Assembly: GCA_900617105.1 (NCBI GenBank)
Contig: UYFQ01000243.1
Location: 1-45,406, forward strand
DNA: 45,406 nt
Direction of reading: 5' to 3'
Origin: Hydrurus foetidus
Taxonomy: Eukaryota
Below are positions 12,328-29,900 of this stretch, in pieces (position 1 is the first letter of the stretch; each line of letters begins with the position of its first letter). Below the pieces are notes generated by a model. The model was not told the DNA's origin and searched no databases. It saw only the letters and a program-made list of their open reading frames with translations. The translations under genes were made by a program, and so were the position numbers.

Positions 12328-13638
12328 TAACTTAGTGCAATTAGAGTCAGATCCACCTTGTATGCATGTCCAATCAATCCCTCACTTCGTGATTCGTCTA
12401 CGATGACCAATTCTACTTCTGTAGTTTTCTGGAAAATCAGTGGAACGCAGTGGCATGTGCGATGGACATAGAAGAAATTACATGATATTTGAGCATCAAT
12501 CTGTTTTTTCTGTTCTATGTTTTCACAGCTGTAGCTTGTGCATAGTAATTCACCTCATTTCAGTGCTCTCAAACTGTAATGCGACTCTATTCTAGCCCCT
12601 TTCATGATTTGGCTTCAACCCTAGCACTTTGTTAAATTATGACAAATATTGTCTATAGTTTAGAACGTTGTCTTGTTCTATGACGGGGCTCATTTTTCCA
12701 CTCCCTCGCTGTATCAGATATCATTTAGAAATGCGTACTCCTATTCGCTAACTATTTGAAGTTCTAGTGAGAGTGAAATCTCCGAACTCGTAACAGTATC
12801 ATGATAGGCCACAGAAGAGGTGCTTTGCAATGAAGTCAATCCATGTTCGTGCTTTCGGGTGATGGTCGTTTTTCACACCACATGATGCACCTTGACATTT
12901 TCAAGTAACGGAAGTACGCGAGTTACGTTACGACATTCGCATCACTGAGGACATGTGAATTCATCCGTATAATTTGTACAGATGCGGCGGGTCGCAACAT
13001 TGATCGCTATTATTACGATACAATCGTTGTTAACGGACTTTAAAACGCCCTTCATAAAAGTAAAGGAATTGAAATGGTGCACTGTATGTACGAGTACGAG
13101 CAGAAGGGAGAGAGAGTTCATTCATTCCTTGCCCGTTACGTTATGTCAAGATTGACACGATACGATAAGGAGGCGCCAACACACTGCCTGCCTCACCTGT
13201 CCTATATTAACAATATATTCACATCTCTAGTCTGATGTGTAACAAGTAACATAACATGACGTAACTGATTCTATGCCATGTCATGGTGTGCCATTGGTCT
13301 GTGCAATTGACTTGGCTTTACTTGACCAGACACGAGTAGAGAGAAAGAAGAAGAGAAGAGACGAGATGACTGTATGCCGCTCAGAGACGGGGCTGAGGAG
13401 TACTGAGTGACGCTGAGGAGATGCACTGGACTAAATTGTTTCTCCCTCTCCCTCTCCCTTCTAACCTTATCTACCTCTCTTAACTCGGGAGATGGATTGG
13501 TCAGGACGTGATGTTTAAGAAAAGAAGAAAAAAGGATTGTATTTTCTTGTCTTCACGTCACGTCACGTCACTGGAAATTAAAGCGACTGTTGCGCATTGA
13601 TGTTGTGCATCAGAGAAGAAGAGATGTGCTTCATTAGT

Positions 13639-15372
13639 TTAGTACCCCTCTGGTTTGACAGGATATTCCGATCCAGTCGGCCATCTACTCTTTTCCGCAG
13701 GTGTCTCTGCTGTCGCTGTTGCGCTTGATGATGCACTGGAAGATGCGGCAGATAGTGTGCCAGCACCACCACCCACAACAGCATCGCCTGGCTGAGCTGC
13801 AGGCTCTACCAAACCATCGTACACATATCTCGTTTCATTGATGGTTTTCTTGTCATAGACTATTTGTGGCACCATGACGACTCTCTTTTCTAGTACGTCT
13901 TTCTTGACAGAGATAGCTCTTGGCTCGAACGTACGCATCTCAGTCACCGTACGGGGCACCTGTTTGATGCGCGTCTCTGTCTGCATCTCTTGACGAGGGA
14001 CTTGAAGTGTCTGTTGGCGTGACTCCATCACAGTACGCGTTACTTGCACCTGTATTTCCTTGGGTTCAAACACGTCTCTCTCGATGTTTACTGTTCGTGT
14101 GAGCGTCTCAACAATGCGCTTGGGCACATTAATTATTCTTTCTTTAGGCTCAAAGATTGTTTTTGTAACCATGTACTCCACTTCCTTGTCTTCCGTAACG
14201 AATCTGGGATCGATAGAACAGAAAAAAGAACAGACATCTATCAGCAAATTAAATTCGAACACGTTTTCGTAATACGTGAAAATAAAAAAATGTCACAACA
14301 AAGCACACTATCAATAACAATCTCTGCAATGATACGCACTGCACTGCACCTGGGTACTTGAATAGTTTTCGTGAGGGTTTCCGTGACAACTCTTGGCACT
14401 TGGACTTCTACTGTTCTCTCTTCGTACGTCATCACAGGAACCTACGGAAAATGGTGAAACAAAATACGAAAAATGACATTACATTATGTATGCAGTCATA
14501 CAAATGAGAGATGCTTTAGATTAATTAAAAAGTTTGAAAATATCAAATACAATATTATTGCAAACCTTGATCACGCGAGTCTGAGTCTCCATAATAGTCT
14601 TCGACATCTATTCGTTGACAATATCATTGATTTCAGTTGATTTGATTTGATCGGTGTTGTGATATTGCGAAACTCTATCTTGTCTTGTTGATAACAAATT
14701 TGGATAGAGCGTGATGTCAATGAGTGCGAAGAGTGATTTATTTCCATGTCTACGTACTTGATAATCAACATCTTTGGCTTCGAAGAGTTGACGGTTCACT
14801 TTGATGGTGCGTTTTGTCAGTTCGGAAACTTGACGAGGAACCATGACAGTTGTGGTCTGTTGCTCGAAAATGGTACGTGGCTTCTGATATTCTTGTTCCT
14901 TCGTTTCATGGATGCGACGATGCTGTTGAATAGTACGTGTTTGGGTCTCCGTGATTTGTCTCGGAATATTAACTGTCCTCGTCTGCGTATCGTATACTGT
15001 CCTTTTCACTTGGTAAGTCTCCTCTTGAGGCTCCATAATTTGTCTATCAGTGGAGTTGCGGAAGATAACAATGCAGTTACTCAACGTTCGTTTGAAAGAA
15101 TTGTTCCGAATTCCACGTTTTAAATTTTATGAGTAAGAAATTTAACCTTAACACAGGAACTGTTCTTGATGGTGGCTTTTCTCCATTAATAGCCTCAACG
15201 CTGCCTGCGGCCTTCATAATGAAGTTGTAGTCGCAACAATAAGAAAATGTTTTCTTTTTCCCAGTCAGACAACATCATTTCCCTTATTCAGATGCGTGAT
15301 AACCTGTGAGAACGGAGCAGCTGGTCCTCCACCATACTTGGCACCATTTGCATTCGACGGAGCTGGTCCCAT
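13639..15372 (-). CDS. Repeat protein with 14-residue V/T/E/R/P units, epiplastin/articulin-like (6 exons)
   Basis: Exons approx. 15372-15304, 15212-15147, 15045-14758, 14607-14566, 14441-14350, 14203-13639; all GT-AG, and splicing keeps frame and repeat register. Confidence 0.8.
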
Positions 15373-16246
15373 TTTGACTACACTTATTCCAATCGGCTTT
15401 GTCAATGCGATCCTCGTTCAATGCCAAACAGGCTTGTCAATTACAATATCAACATCTGTGAAAAGTTGGTTGAGATGCTCGAAAACCAAATATGCATTGG
15501 AAAATCTGGTACAAACCAGGTGACGTGGATCAAGCGGTTGATACTGCTTACTGCTGTAATTTTTTCTAAATTTTGGCTGAAATATCGTATCGTACCGTAC
15601 GGTACAATTCCGCACCCACAAACCGTACTGTACTGTCCGTTCATTTATTGAACGAAATACCGGTTTCGATCATGTGCATTATGGGGCAGGTCGGATAACA
15701 TTTCATTTTTAACTCTTCATTTCAAACAAAAAATCAACGAAAAATGAACTGACACAAATGCTTCGAGAATCTGCTGCATAAATGCAGCCAGTAGCAGTTC
15801 AGTTTTGTTTCACTGTTCCTAACGTTTACCGGAACCCAACAGCAACTTAGCCGTATGCGGACAACATATCATGCGGTATCGATTTTTGTGAAGTTGGTGT
15901 TAGAGCCATTTCGAACACAGAATGATATGTCTGAAACACAACAGAAAAACAGGTTTGAGCACTGTTGAAATCACGATTTCAATTCCACCATGGATTCGTA
16001 TGGATTCTCTGACATTTCTTTCTCACTTTGTAGCAGATCGTACGGAACAGTCATGTTCGTACTCGACACTTTAAGCTTTAAACTTTCAATACCGTACAGT
16101 ACATCAGTCTCCCATATCGCAGAAGACATTAAACAGAATACTGCAAAGTCTCTTCCTCCTTATCCTGGACTCACGATGAAAGAACAAGACAGCTATGTGA
16201 CTAAATGCACTTCCTCTCGCAACTCCTATCTCTACTTTACATCATA

Positions 16247-20402
<4,156 letters not shown>

Positions 20403-20920
20403 AGCTCAGCTGGATGACTTTATTGAGGAGACTCCCAAGATGAGTCGACACCCTTAAGTATCCTAGATGATCACAGTGATTGCTATGTCGTATGAGTACT
20501 CCTCCAGGCAAGGCGATGAGATATCACTGTTAGCCGGGTCAAAGTTCCCAAATAATTGCAGCGCTGAGGGTTCTACCACTGACAGAAGCTCCTCGTCGGA
20601 CACTTCATCTTCAGCCTGGTAGCAGAGAGGGAGACTGAAGCAAGGATCCTTTTCTTTTGCAGCATCCACTGCGACCTGTGATCTGTGATCTGTGAGCTGC
20701 AAACGGAGTTGTGAGTTGTGAGAGTTGTGAAGTCAAACGGGATAGTTTGAGTTTGAGCATCAGATTCGTTGAAACTCCACCTACTGAGCCAATATTTGAC
20801 AAGCGAGATGCTATTTTGGTGTTCATTCGCAGCTCTCTTCTTCTTCGCATTCCTCATCGATTGCTGCTACTTTCAAGAATCAGAGACGTCTAGTTGTTCT
20901 GAAACAAACGTCTAGCCGCT

Positions 20921-23900
20921 ATGAGTCTTTTCTCCGCTTTCGCAAAAACTGGACTGAATTTCGTCACGAAACTCGGGGAAATTGTTGCACCTTTGGAAGA
21001 TGACGAAGAAGATATAGATGATAGTAAAGCTGCCCAGATGAGTGGAGAGCGATTGACGTCGGGTGATGAGCCAAGTGAAGGTGCCAATGCGGCTCCCACC
21101 AGCATGATGAGCCATTTTACGACATTGACGACAGCAAACCTGCCTGGTATATTTAAAGAAATGGGTAATGACACAGTCTCTCGCAGTGCGCCACCGCGAT
21201 CTAATGACAGTAGCGGTAGCCGTACTAGGCCAGTTGATTCTTACAATTCGGTTTCCCAGCAGGCTTCATCGTGTATGGTAGAGGTTGAGCTAGACGAATC
21301 ATTTGAGTCAACTACTCCTTTATCGCCTTCTTTCGAAGAGGTACATTTAGTAGTACCAACGGAGCAATTATTTCAGGAAGATATTATCCTTAACAGTGAG
21401 ACCGATGGAGCGCACTATACCCCACGCAGCGCAGTGCGGCAGCTTTCTGAGCCTTCTCTTTCCCCCGTATATATCCCACCTGACAAATCTCATCAACACC
21501 CTCCGAATGACTTCGTGAAGCCGTCATATGTCCCCTCATACGTGGTGTCAAATCCAGATCACAAGGGGGATAGTTCTGAACACATCAACACGATCTCTCC
21601 TATCAGCGTTAGTTCAGTCGCATTTCAGCCCATCGCGAATAGCTTTCCGATGTACAAACCCCCGAGCTACGCGCCTTCATCCTCGCAGAAAGAAATCAAT
21701 CTAACAGCTTCCAACACGCCAACAGAGTCAGAGGGAAATTCCTATAGGCATCATTCTGCTGTAGAAAAGGAATCGTTCCTCGTAAATGAGAGTGACGTAT
21801 TCATAGGAAATCAATCCAACTCAGCAATTAACGAAGGAAGCCAATATAATAACACTGTCTTCCCTCCTCCCGCACCAACCGCAGCTGGTGCATTCTTTGA
21901 TTTGAATGATAACGACAGCAGTGTAATAAATGGAGTAGAATTGATGGGAGAGAATGTTCTGGGAGGAGAACAAGGAGGAAGAAGTGAAAATGAAATTGAC
22001 TTCACAACTAATTCTTCTTTCCCATCAAATATGGTTGGAATTCAGGAGAACGCGGTGCAGAATATTCCGAATGAAAGCAGTGCTATTCTGAATGAATATC
22101 GTCCACAGAATGTTCTCAGCGAAAGAACATTCCTATCAGAACATTCCTACGAGACTCAGAATCAGAATGAGAGTCAGGGGGAGTGGGAGGAAAGGAGGGA
22201 TGTAGGCAGCGAGAAGGTTAAGAATCAAGAGAAAGAGAAGGAGGACGACAGTGAAGGGGACAGGGAGAGGGACAGGGAGAGGGAGAGGGAGAGGGAGAGA
22301 CAGAAGGAGAGGGAGAGAGAAGCTCTCATAGAGGCTCACGCACAGAAAGACAGAGAGGTGCACTCTTTGTCCGCTTTATTAGGTACGACACTACACAGTC
22401 TCTGTGCCTAAGTGATGTATATCTTTTTTCCAGTAGACGATATTTTTATGTTGAATTTTCACATTCCTTATTCTCTTCTCTGTTCAAGATTATTTGTTTT
22501 TATCTTTTCTGTTTTTCTGTTTTTTTCTGTTCCGTAGTTCTTCATATTCTCTTCCTCTTTCACTTTCTCTTTTCTTCTTCTGTCTATTGAAGCATTGTGG
22601 TGTGCATCACAGATGTGTAATATTTTGTGTGAAATCCTTTCATTTTACTTTCATTCCCTGTAGAGAGTGACTCGAAGAATAAACTTTTTATCATTTATTT
22701 ATTTTGTGTTCGTTATTTATTTGCGAGCCGTATCTGAGGTCATCTTTGCTTCAATTTATTGCCATCAATTATAATTAAGCATCAGCTAATTCTCGCCGTC
22801 AAAATCAAGTATCGTTAAAAAGAAGCGATTTTACTGCGCGATGATTTAATACACAGCAATACCATCTAATAATCTAAACAATCTTCAAAATATTGCGGCA
22901 ACGAAATATTAAATTTCAAAATATTAAATTTGAACTCTTGTCAATACAAAATCTGATTTTTATTTTTATTTTTATTTTTTAAACAGTCAAAGCCAACGGA
23001 CATATTGATGAATTAAAACTGAAATTAGATGACAAAACAGAAATTTCAGATTCGTATGAATCTCAAATTTTGAAGGAAAAAGAAATTGCTGCAAAGAAAT
23101 CGGAAGAGTTGGAGAATTTAGTAGGGGAGTACAAGGATTTATTCATGAGGATGGGCAAGCAAGGAGAGATACTACTACAATCTGAAAAAATGAAAGAAAT
23201 TGCCGAGATAAAAATACAGACATTAATGAATGAGAAAGAGGAGGAAAAAGAGGAAAAAAAGAAAGAAGGGGAGAGATTAAATGAGATGGTAAGAATTCAA
23301 GCGATGAGGGATGAAGAGAGTGAGAGGAGCAGAATAGCGTTGGTCGAGAGCTATGCAATGACCACGAGAGAGAATGAAGAGCTAAAAAGCAAATATGAAG
23401 AGATCTCCACACAATTTATTCAACTTCAAAATGAAAGTCAAAATCAAAATCAAAATCAAGCAGAGATACACGACACTGCACAACCCTCCCCTTCTTCCTC
23501 CTCTTTTTCTTCTGTTCTATTAAACGGTGACTCTTCATTCTTCTTCTTTTGCTCATACTCCCGTCCAGCCACTGCCACAGTTCACTCAAATACAGATCGA
23601 TGAAATGCACCAGCAAAAAGCTGAATTGATGCAGCAGAATATAGGAATGCAGCAGCAAATTGCAGACATGGCGGTGCAGTTGTCTGATCTCAGGAGTGAG
23701 AAGGACGCCATCCAGAGAAGCAGTGCGGAGGAGATAGAAGCAATGAGGTGATTGCGAGAATTATGTGATAAGATATAGTGTGATGTAATGTGATAAGATG
23801 TAGTGTGATATTATGTGATGTGATATTATGTGATAAGATGTAATGTTATGTGATAAGATGTAGTGTGATATTATGTGATAAGATGTAGTGTGATGTGATG

Positions 23901-26900
23901 TAATGTGATATTATGTGATAAGATGTAATGTTATATTATGTGATAAGATGTAATGTTATATTATGTGATAAGATGTAATGTGATAAGATGTAATGTTATA
24001 TTATGTAATGTGATGTAGTGTGATAAGATGTAATGTTATATTATGTAATGTGATGTAGTGTGATAAGATGTAATGTGATATTATGTGATAAGATGTAATG
24101 TGATAAGATGTAATGTTATATTATGTGATAAGATGTAGTGTGATGTAATGTGATAAGATGTAATGTGATATTATGTGATAAGATGTAATGTTATATTATG
24201 TGATAAGATGTAATGTTATATTATGTGATAAGATGTAATGTTATATTATGTGATAAGATGTAATGTTATATTATGTGATAAGATGTAATGTTATATTATG
24301 TGATAAGATGTAATGTTATATTATGTGATAAGATGTAATGTAATGTGATAAGATGTAATGTTATATTATGTGATAAGATGTAATGTGATATTATGTGATA
24401 AGATGTAATGTGATATTATGTGATAAGATGTAATGTGATATTATGTGATAAGATGTAATGTTATATTATGTGATAAGATGTAATGTGATATTATGTGATA
24501 AGATGTAATGTGATATTATGTGATAAGATGTAATGTTATATTATGTGATAAGATGTAATGTGATATTATGTGATAAGATGTAATGTGATGTGATATGTGT
24601 GTGATGTATGATGTGATGATGTAATGATATTATGTGATAAGATGTAATGTTATATTATGTGATAAGATGTAATGTGATATTATGTGATAAGATGTAATGT
24701 TATATTATGTGATAAGATGTAATGTTATATTATGTGATAAGATGTAATGTGATATTATGTGATAAGATGTAATGTGATATTATGTGATAAGATGTAATGT
24801 TATATTATGTGATAAGATGTAATGTGATATTATGTGATAAGATGTAGTGTGATATTATGTGATAAGATGTGATGTGATATTATGTGATATCGTGTAGTGT
24901 GATATCGTGTTGTGTGATGTGATATTATGCGATGTGGTGTGATATTATGTGATGGGATAAGTGTGTTAAAGTGCGATGTGGTCGTGGGGATATATGTGCC
25001 GTGACTTGCTGTGTGATGAGATGTTATGTGATGTGACTTGATTCGGTGTGATTTAGCGTGATGAGATGTGGTGTGATGAAGTACAGTATTATCATAGGTT
25101 GTCAAATTATCCCATTCTAATAAGTCCTCTGCAAAGTTGCTGTGCTGCATTCCATCTCGAATAAAGAACACAATGGAAAAGTCACTAATTCAGTCAATCC
25201 CTGATTCACATCGGCGGTGGGGGTCCTTGTGTGTTGTATTTTGTATTTTGTGAGCAGTCGGTGTATGTGAGAGAGAGAGAGAGAGAGAGAGAGTGTGTGT
25301 GTGTGTGTAGGTGGTGTGGGGTTGGGGTGAAGGGTACAATTATGCTTTGCGATGTGGTTTGTGTGATGTTATATGGTATGACATGACATGATGCAAGTTG
25401 GTATGGTGTGACATGACATAATAAGATATCATGTGATTTGAGTGATCTAATCTATGACATTACGTATCGTGTAGTGCGTTGTTATGTTGTGATGTGTTGT
25501 GTTGTGTGGTGTGGTGTTGTGTTGTGTTGTGATGTGTTATGTTGTGTTGTGTTGTGTTGTGTTGTGTTGTGTTGTGTTGTGTTGTGTTGTGTTGTGTTGT
25601 GTGATGTGTTGTGTTGTGTTGTGTTGTGTTGTGTGGTGTTGTGTTGTGTTGTGATGTGTTATGTTGTGTTGTGTTGTGTTGTGTTGTGATGTGTTGTGTG
25701 TGTGTGTTGTGTTGTGTTGTGATATGTGGTGTTGTGTTGTGTGATGAAGTGAATAGCGTAGCGTATTGTCACAAATTTAGCGTGTTGCAATGTGATGTGT
25801 TTTTATCTGATGTGATGTGATGTGATGTGAGATATTCTGATTCATGCACACGACTCGTAGATGCGTGTACATACATACATTACGCCTTGCTTAGTACGTA
25901 CCATATTCAATCTTGTACTACACTTTATATCCGTACGTTCCTCCATCCGTCTCATCTCAATTTCTTTCAAAAAATGACAAAAAAAGCCCCATTTCTTTTT
26001 CTTTTTTACTTTAATATTCTTAGAGTTGAAATTTTCACTGCGAAATCTTTTCTGGAAATGGAGAAACAATCTTCGTCATTACTGTCATCAGAATTTGAAT
26101 CATTTAGAAACAATACAAATAATGCAAATAATGCAGTTGTGAACAACAATGAGGAAAATGACAAAATGCAATTGATTCGTATTGAGGAATTGGAAAATAC
26201 TAAAAAACGACTTGATAATGTTCAAATTGAATTGTCAGATATGACTGATATGAAAAAACAATTGGAAATAAAAATTGAAAATGACGTCATCACTCATGAA
26301 AAATTTCAACTACTTGCTGTCGACAGAGAAAATGAAGTACTGTTACTGAGTCAGAAATTAAATGAACTGAACAAAATAATTTCAAATCACTCTTCTGAGA
26401 TGGAAAATTTACAAAAATCGATTCAGGCGGAAAGCCAAAAAAGACACGAAAATGAAAAAATTGAAATGAAAATGAAATTTGATCAAAAATTACTCGAATT
26501 ATTAGAAAATGAAAAAATAAATTACGACAGTAAAATATTGAAGTTACAAGAATCACACTCAAAGAAAATGGAGGAAGAAAGAAAGTTGAGCGATGAGCGA
26601 GGTGCCAGTCTATTATCCAAGAGCCAAAAGGAGAGTGCAGAGAGGGAAAAAGGATTGGTTGCTGTGCATGCACAGAACGAAGGAAAAGCAAACAGTTACG
26701 AAGCGCAGCTACGAGATGTCAAGCAACAGCTTTTGAGGTGAAATTGTAACATGTAATGTGGAAGAAAGTCAGGAGTGAATACAGTCACAGTGAGATGGTA
26801 CATTAAATAACGCGATGTAGCGTAGGTAGAGAAGAGGGGGATAAGGAGAGGGGGGTGATGGTCACGTGTGCTAGGATAGCATAGCGTAGGATAGGATAGG

Positions 26901-29900
26901 ATAGGATAGGAAGGGAGTGATGAAGATTACGTATGTCGTAATGATACGAAATGCGGCCACGGTGAGATAATGAGATATGATGCAGGGAAATAAGACAAGG
27001 AACACTGCATTCGATGTCGTTACAAATAATGGCCTTTGTTTACTGCTGATCCACTTTTAATCCGGACCCACCACTACACAAGACAATCCACACACACTAT
27101 ATGTCCCGTACTGTTTTCAGTTTTCAATACGGTACAGTTTGTGTCTGGATTGTCGTGTATAGGGGTGGGTTCAGACTCCATGTGGATCAGCAATAAACGA
27201 AGAGCCTTGAGATGCAGATAAAGATTGTGATGGAAAGAAACGCGATGCAGTGTGCTTGAATTGGTAAAGTCTCATGAAAAAAGAAAGGTGATGTAAGCTG
27301 TGACGCGATGAGAGAGGAAAGGAGAGGAGAGAAAAGAAGAGAAGAGAGGAAAGAAGAACAGTGCGAAAAAAAGAAACAGAAAGCACATCAACATTGCCGT
27401 CATCACAATCATCGTTTACCTCATTACCTCACATCATAGAATACAAACGACACTCCGAGAGGGAGTAAGAAAATCATCAGAAACACCGTGAGGAACATTA
27501 TTCACTGATCTCAGAACACCCAATCTAATTGCACATATTTTATACGATTTGCACGGTCTCAGGTCGGAGACGGAGAGCAGGCAGCTGCACCAAGTCATCG
27601 CTCAGCTGAGGAATGTGCGCAAATCAGCAAAGGTACGTACGTACATATTCTGTATTTTGTATTCTGTATTCTGCATTTTATGAGATAGACAGATTGTCAC
27701 CCTGTATATCAGTCGCCCATTTTTCATGTATCTATTATCTGATGTATCTTCCACTCTGTTTCTGTTCTATTCCTTCTTTTTCTTCCTTCTTATTTTACCT
27801 TTTCTGTGGCTACTACCCTTGTCTTTTTTTCTATTTCTTCCTCCAATCTTTATCTCTCCATCAAAACGCACCTGCATGTTGTAAGCAGTCAAATCACTAC
27901 CGTCATCTCTCCCTTCCTCCATACCATTTTCTACCCACTCTCTCGTTCTCTTCCTCATCTCATTGACCTTCATTACATCATTATCTTTCCCCTCCTTGCA
28001 CTATCTTCATCCCCTAACATTCCACCATCCGTCCTTTCCTCCTCTCCCTCACATCTCATCCTCTTATCCTCCTCTTCTCCTCCCATCTCCGTTCCCATCT
28101 CCGTTCCGATCTCATACCCCCTCCTCACACGTCAACTCCCACTTACCAACTCCCACTTACCAATTTCAACTCAAGGACGAGGGAGATGGTTTGGTAGCGG
28201 AGAGAGACGAGCTCAAGGCATCCGTGGAACACCTATCAGGTACTGAGAAAAAGAACATTACTGAGCGGTTCAAATGGATGAGTGTTGTCAAATAGAGTAA
28301 GGGTAGAGCGAACTGTGTGAATGGAGGAGGGAAGAAGGGGGGGGGGAGGAGGAGGAGGGAAGAAGGGTCAGTGTTCTGAACCTACTGTCCGAATTAGCTC
28401 CTACTTCATCTTGTTTGCTGCATAGATAATTACTCCACTATCCCCTATGCAGACTGTCAATACACTTATCCTTATCCAGAACTCACAGAGGTTGTTAACA
28501 ACTGTTTTGGTAGTGACAGGAAAAATGGAGTCCAATACGTACTTTCAATTTTTCGTTTTTTGTATCACCAGCAGAGCTGATAATAATAATAATAATAATA
28601 ATAATATTTATGATAATAATCGTTAGAATAATAATAATCTTATCGTAACGTATTTAATCACGAAATATCTTCGTTACCCTCTCGTCTTATCTTCTTCACT
28701 CACCATCTATTCCACGCCCTGTAAACGGTCATCTTTCATCTTCTGTATTTAGATGAGCTGAGAAAGACTCAGCTTGCTCTGGAATGTAGCTCAACTGACC
28801 TTGCACATGCATCAACACTGTCATCCGGTAAGTCAGTACATCTGTCTCTGTTCGTTTGTCGGTCTCTCTCTATGTTTGTCTGTTCGTCTGTCAGTCAGTC
28901 AGTCAGTGCATCAATCTCCCCTGTATCTCTCTTCCCACTTCCATTACTCTTTCTGTGACTTCACCTGCTATCACAGAACAACTGCATATTACTCTCTGTC
29001 TATTTTTTGACTGAAAGTAATCGTCCTTCCCTTATTCTTCCTTCCCTCCCCTCATATTTCCCTATCTTATCTTCCCTTATCTTATCTTCTTCTTTGCTTT
29101 CTCTTTCTGCTACATTCCTACCACCTCAACTCCCTTCTTGTTTCTGTTTCTGTTTTTGTTTCTTTTTCTTCTTCATCTACTCATTTTTTCCCCTCTGTCG
29201 ACATCATTGCCAACTACGCCGATATCACGGCTAACTGTACCGTAATATCCCGTGACATTCCCTCCATCTAGAGGTGAAGTCGCTCACTCAGCGACTCCAA
29301 GAACTGGAAACTCTCTACTCAGAAAGCGAAAGAAAAAACACGTACTTAGAATCTGAGCTGTACGTACGTACGTGCAGCTTAGAGGCGTCTCGAGCGGATG
29401 GACTGTTAGTACAACAAGATCTGGAGGGTTCGAGAAAGGAGCTTGGCAATTTGCATGAAGTGCTGAGGCAGTTGCAGTGGAGGAGTGCGAGGGATCTTAA
29501 GTCGTGGCAAGAGGCGACTGGTGAGATAGTGATGTTATTGCGATGAGAGATAAGTGTGTAAGTGTATTGTGTGCTGTTGTGATAGGTGTAATGTGTTGAT
29601 ATGAGATGGACGCTACTGAGGTTGTGATGAATGTCATCGCGATTCAGATCGGCATTGTTAACTATCACGCTGAGATGGTTGTGATGAGATAGGTGTAGTG
29701 TGTTCTTGATGTGATGTGGATGGGTGTAGTGTTTAACATCAAGAATGACAGGGTGATGCGAGTGGATGAGTGCGATAAATATTATTGTGGATGCTATGTT
29801 GAGATGGTTGTGATGAGATAGGTGTAGAGTCTTCTTGATGCGGATGGGAAGAGGGAACAAGAGAGAAGAGAAGGAGGAAGGAAATGAAAGAGAGGAAAGG

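Noticed and set aside
20463..20857. Possible small spliced gene between PPIL3 and the golgin
   Set aside because: Short ORFs in several frames, no recognisable motif and no clearly preferred splice model
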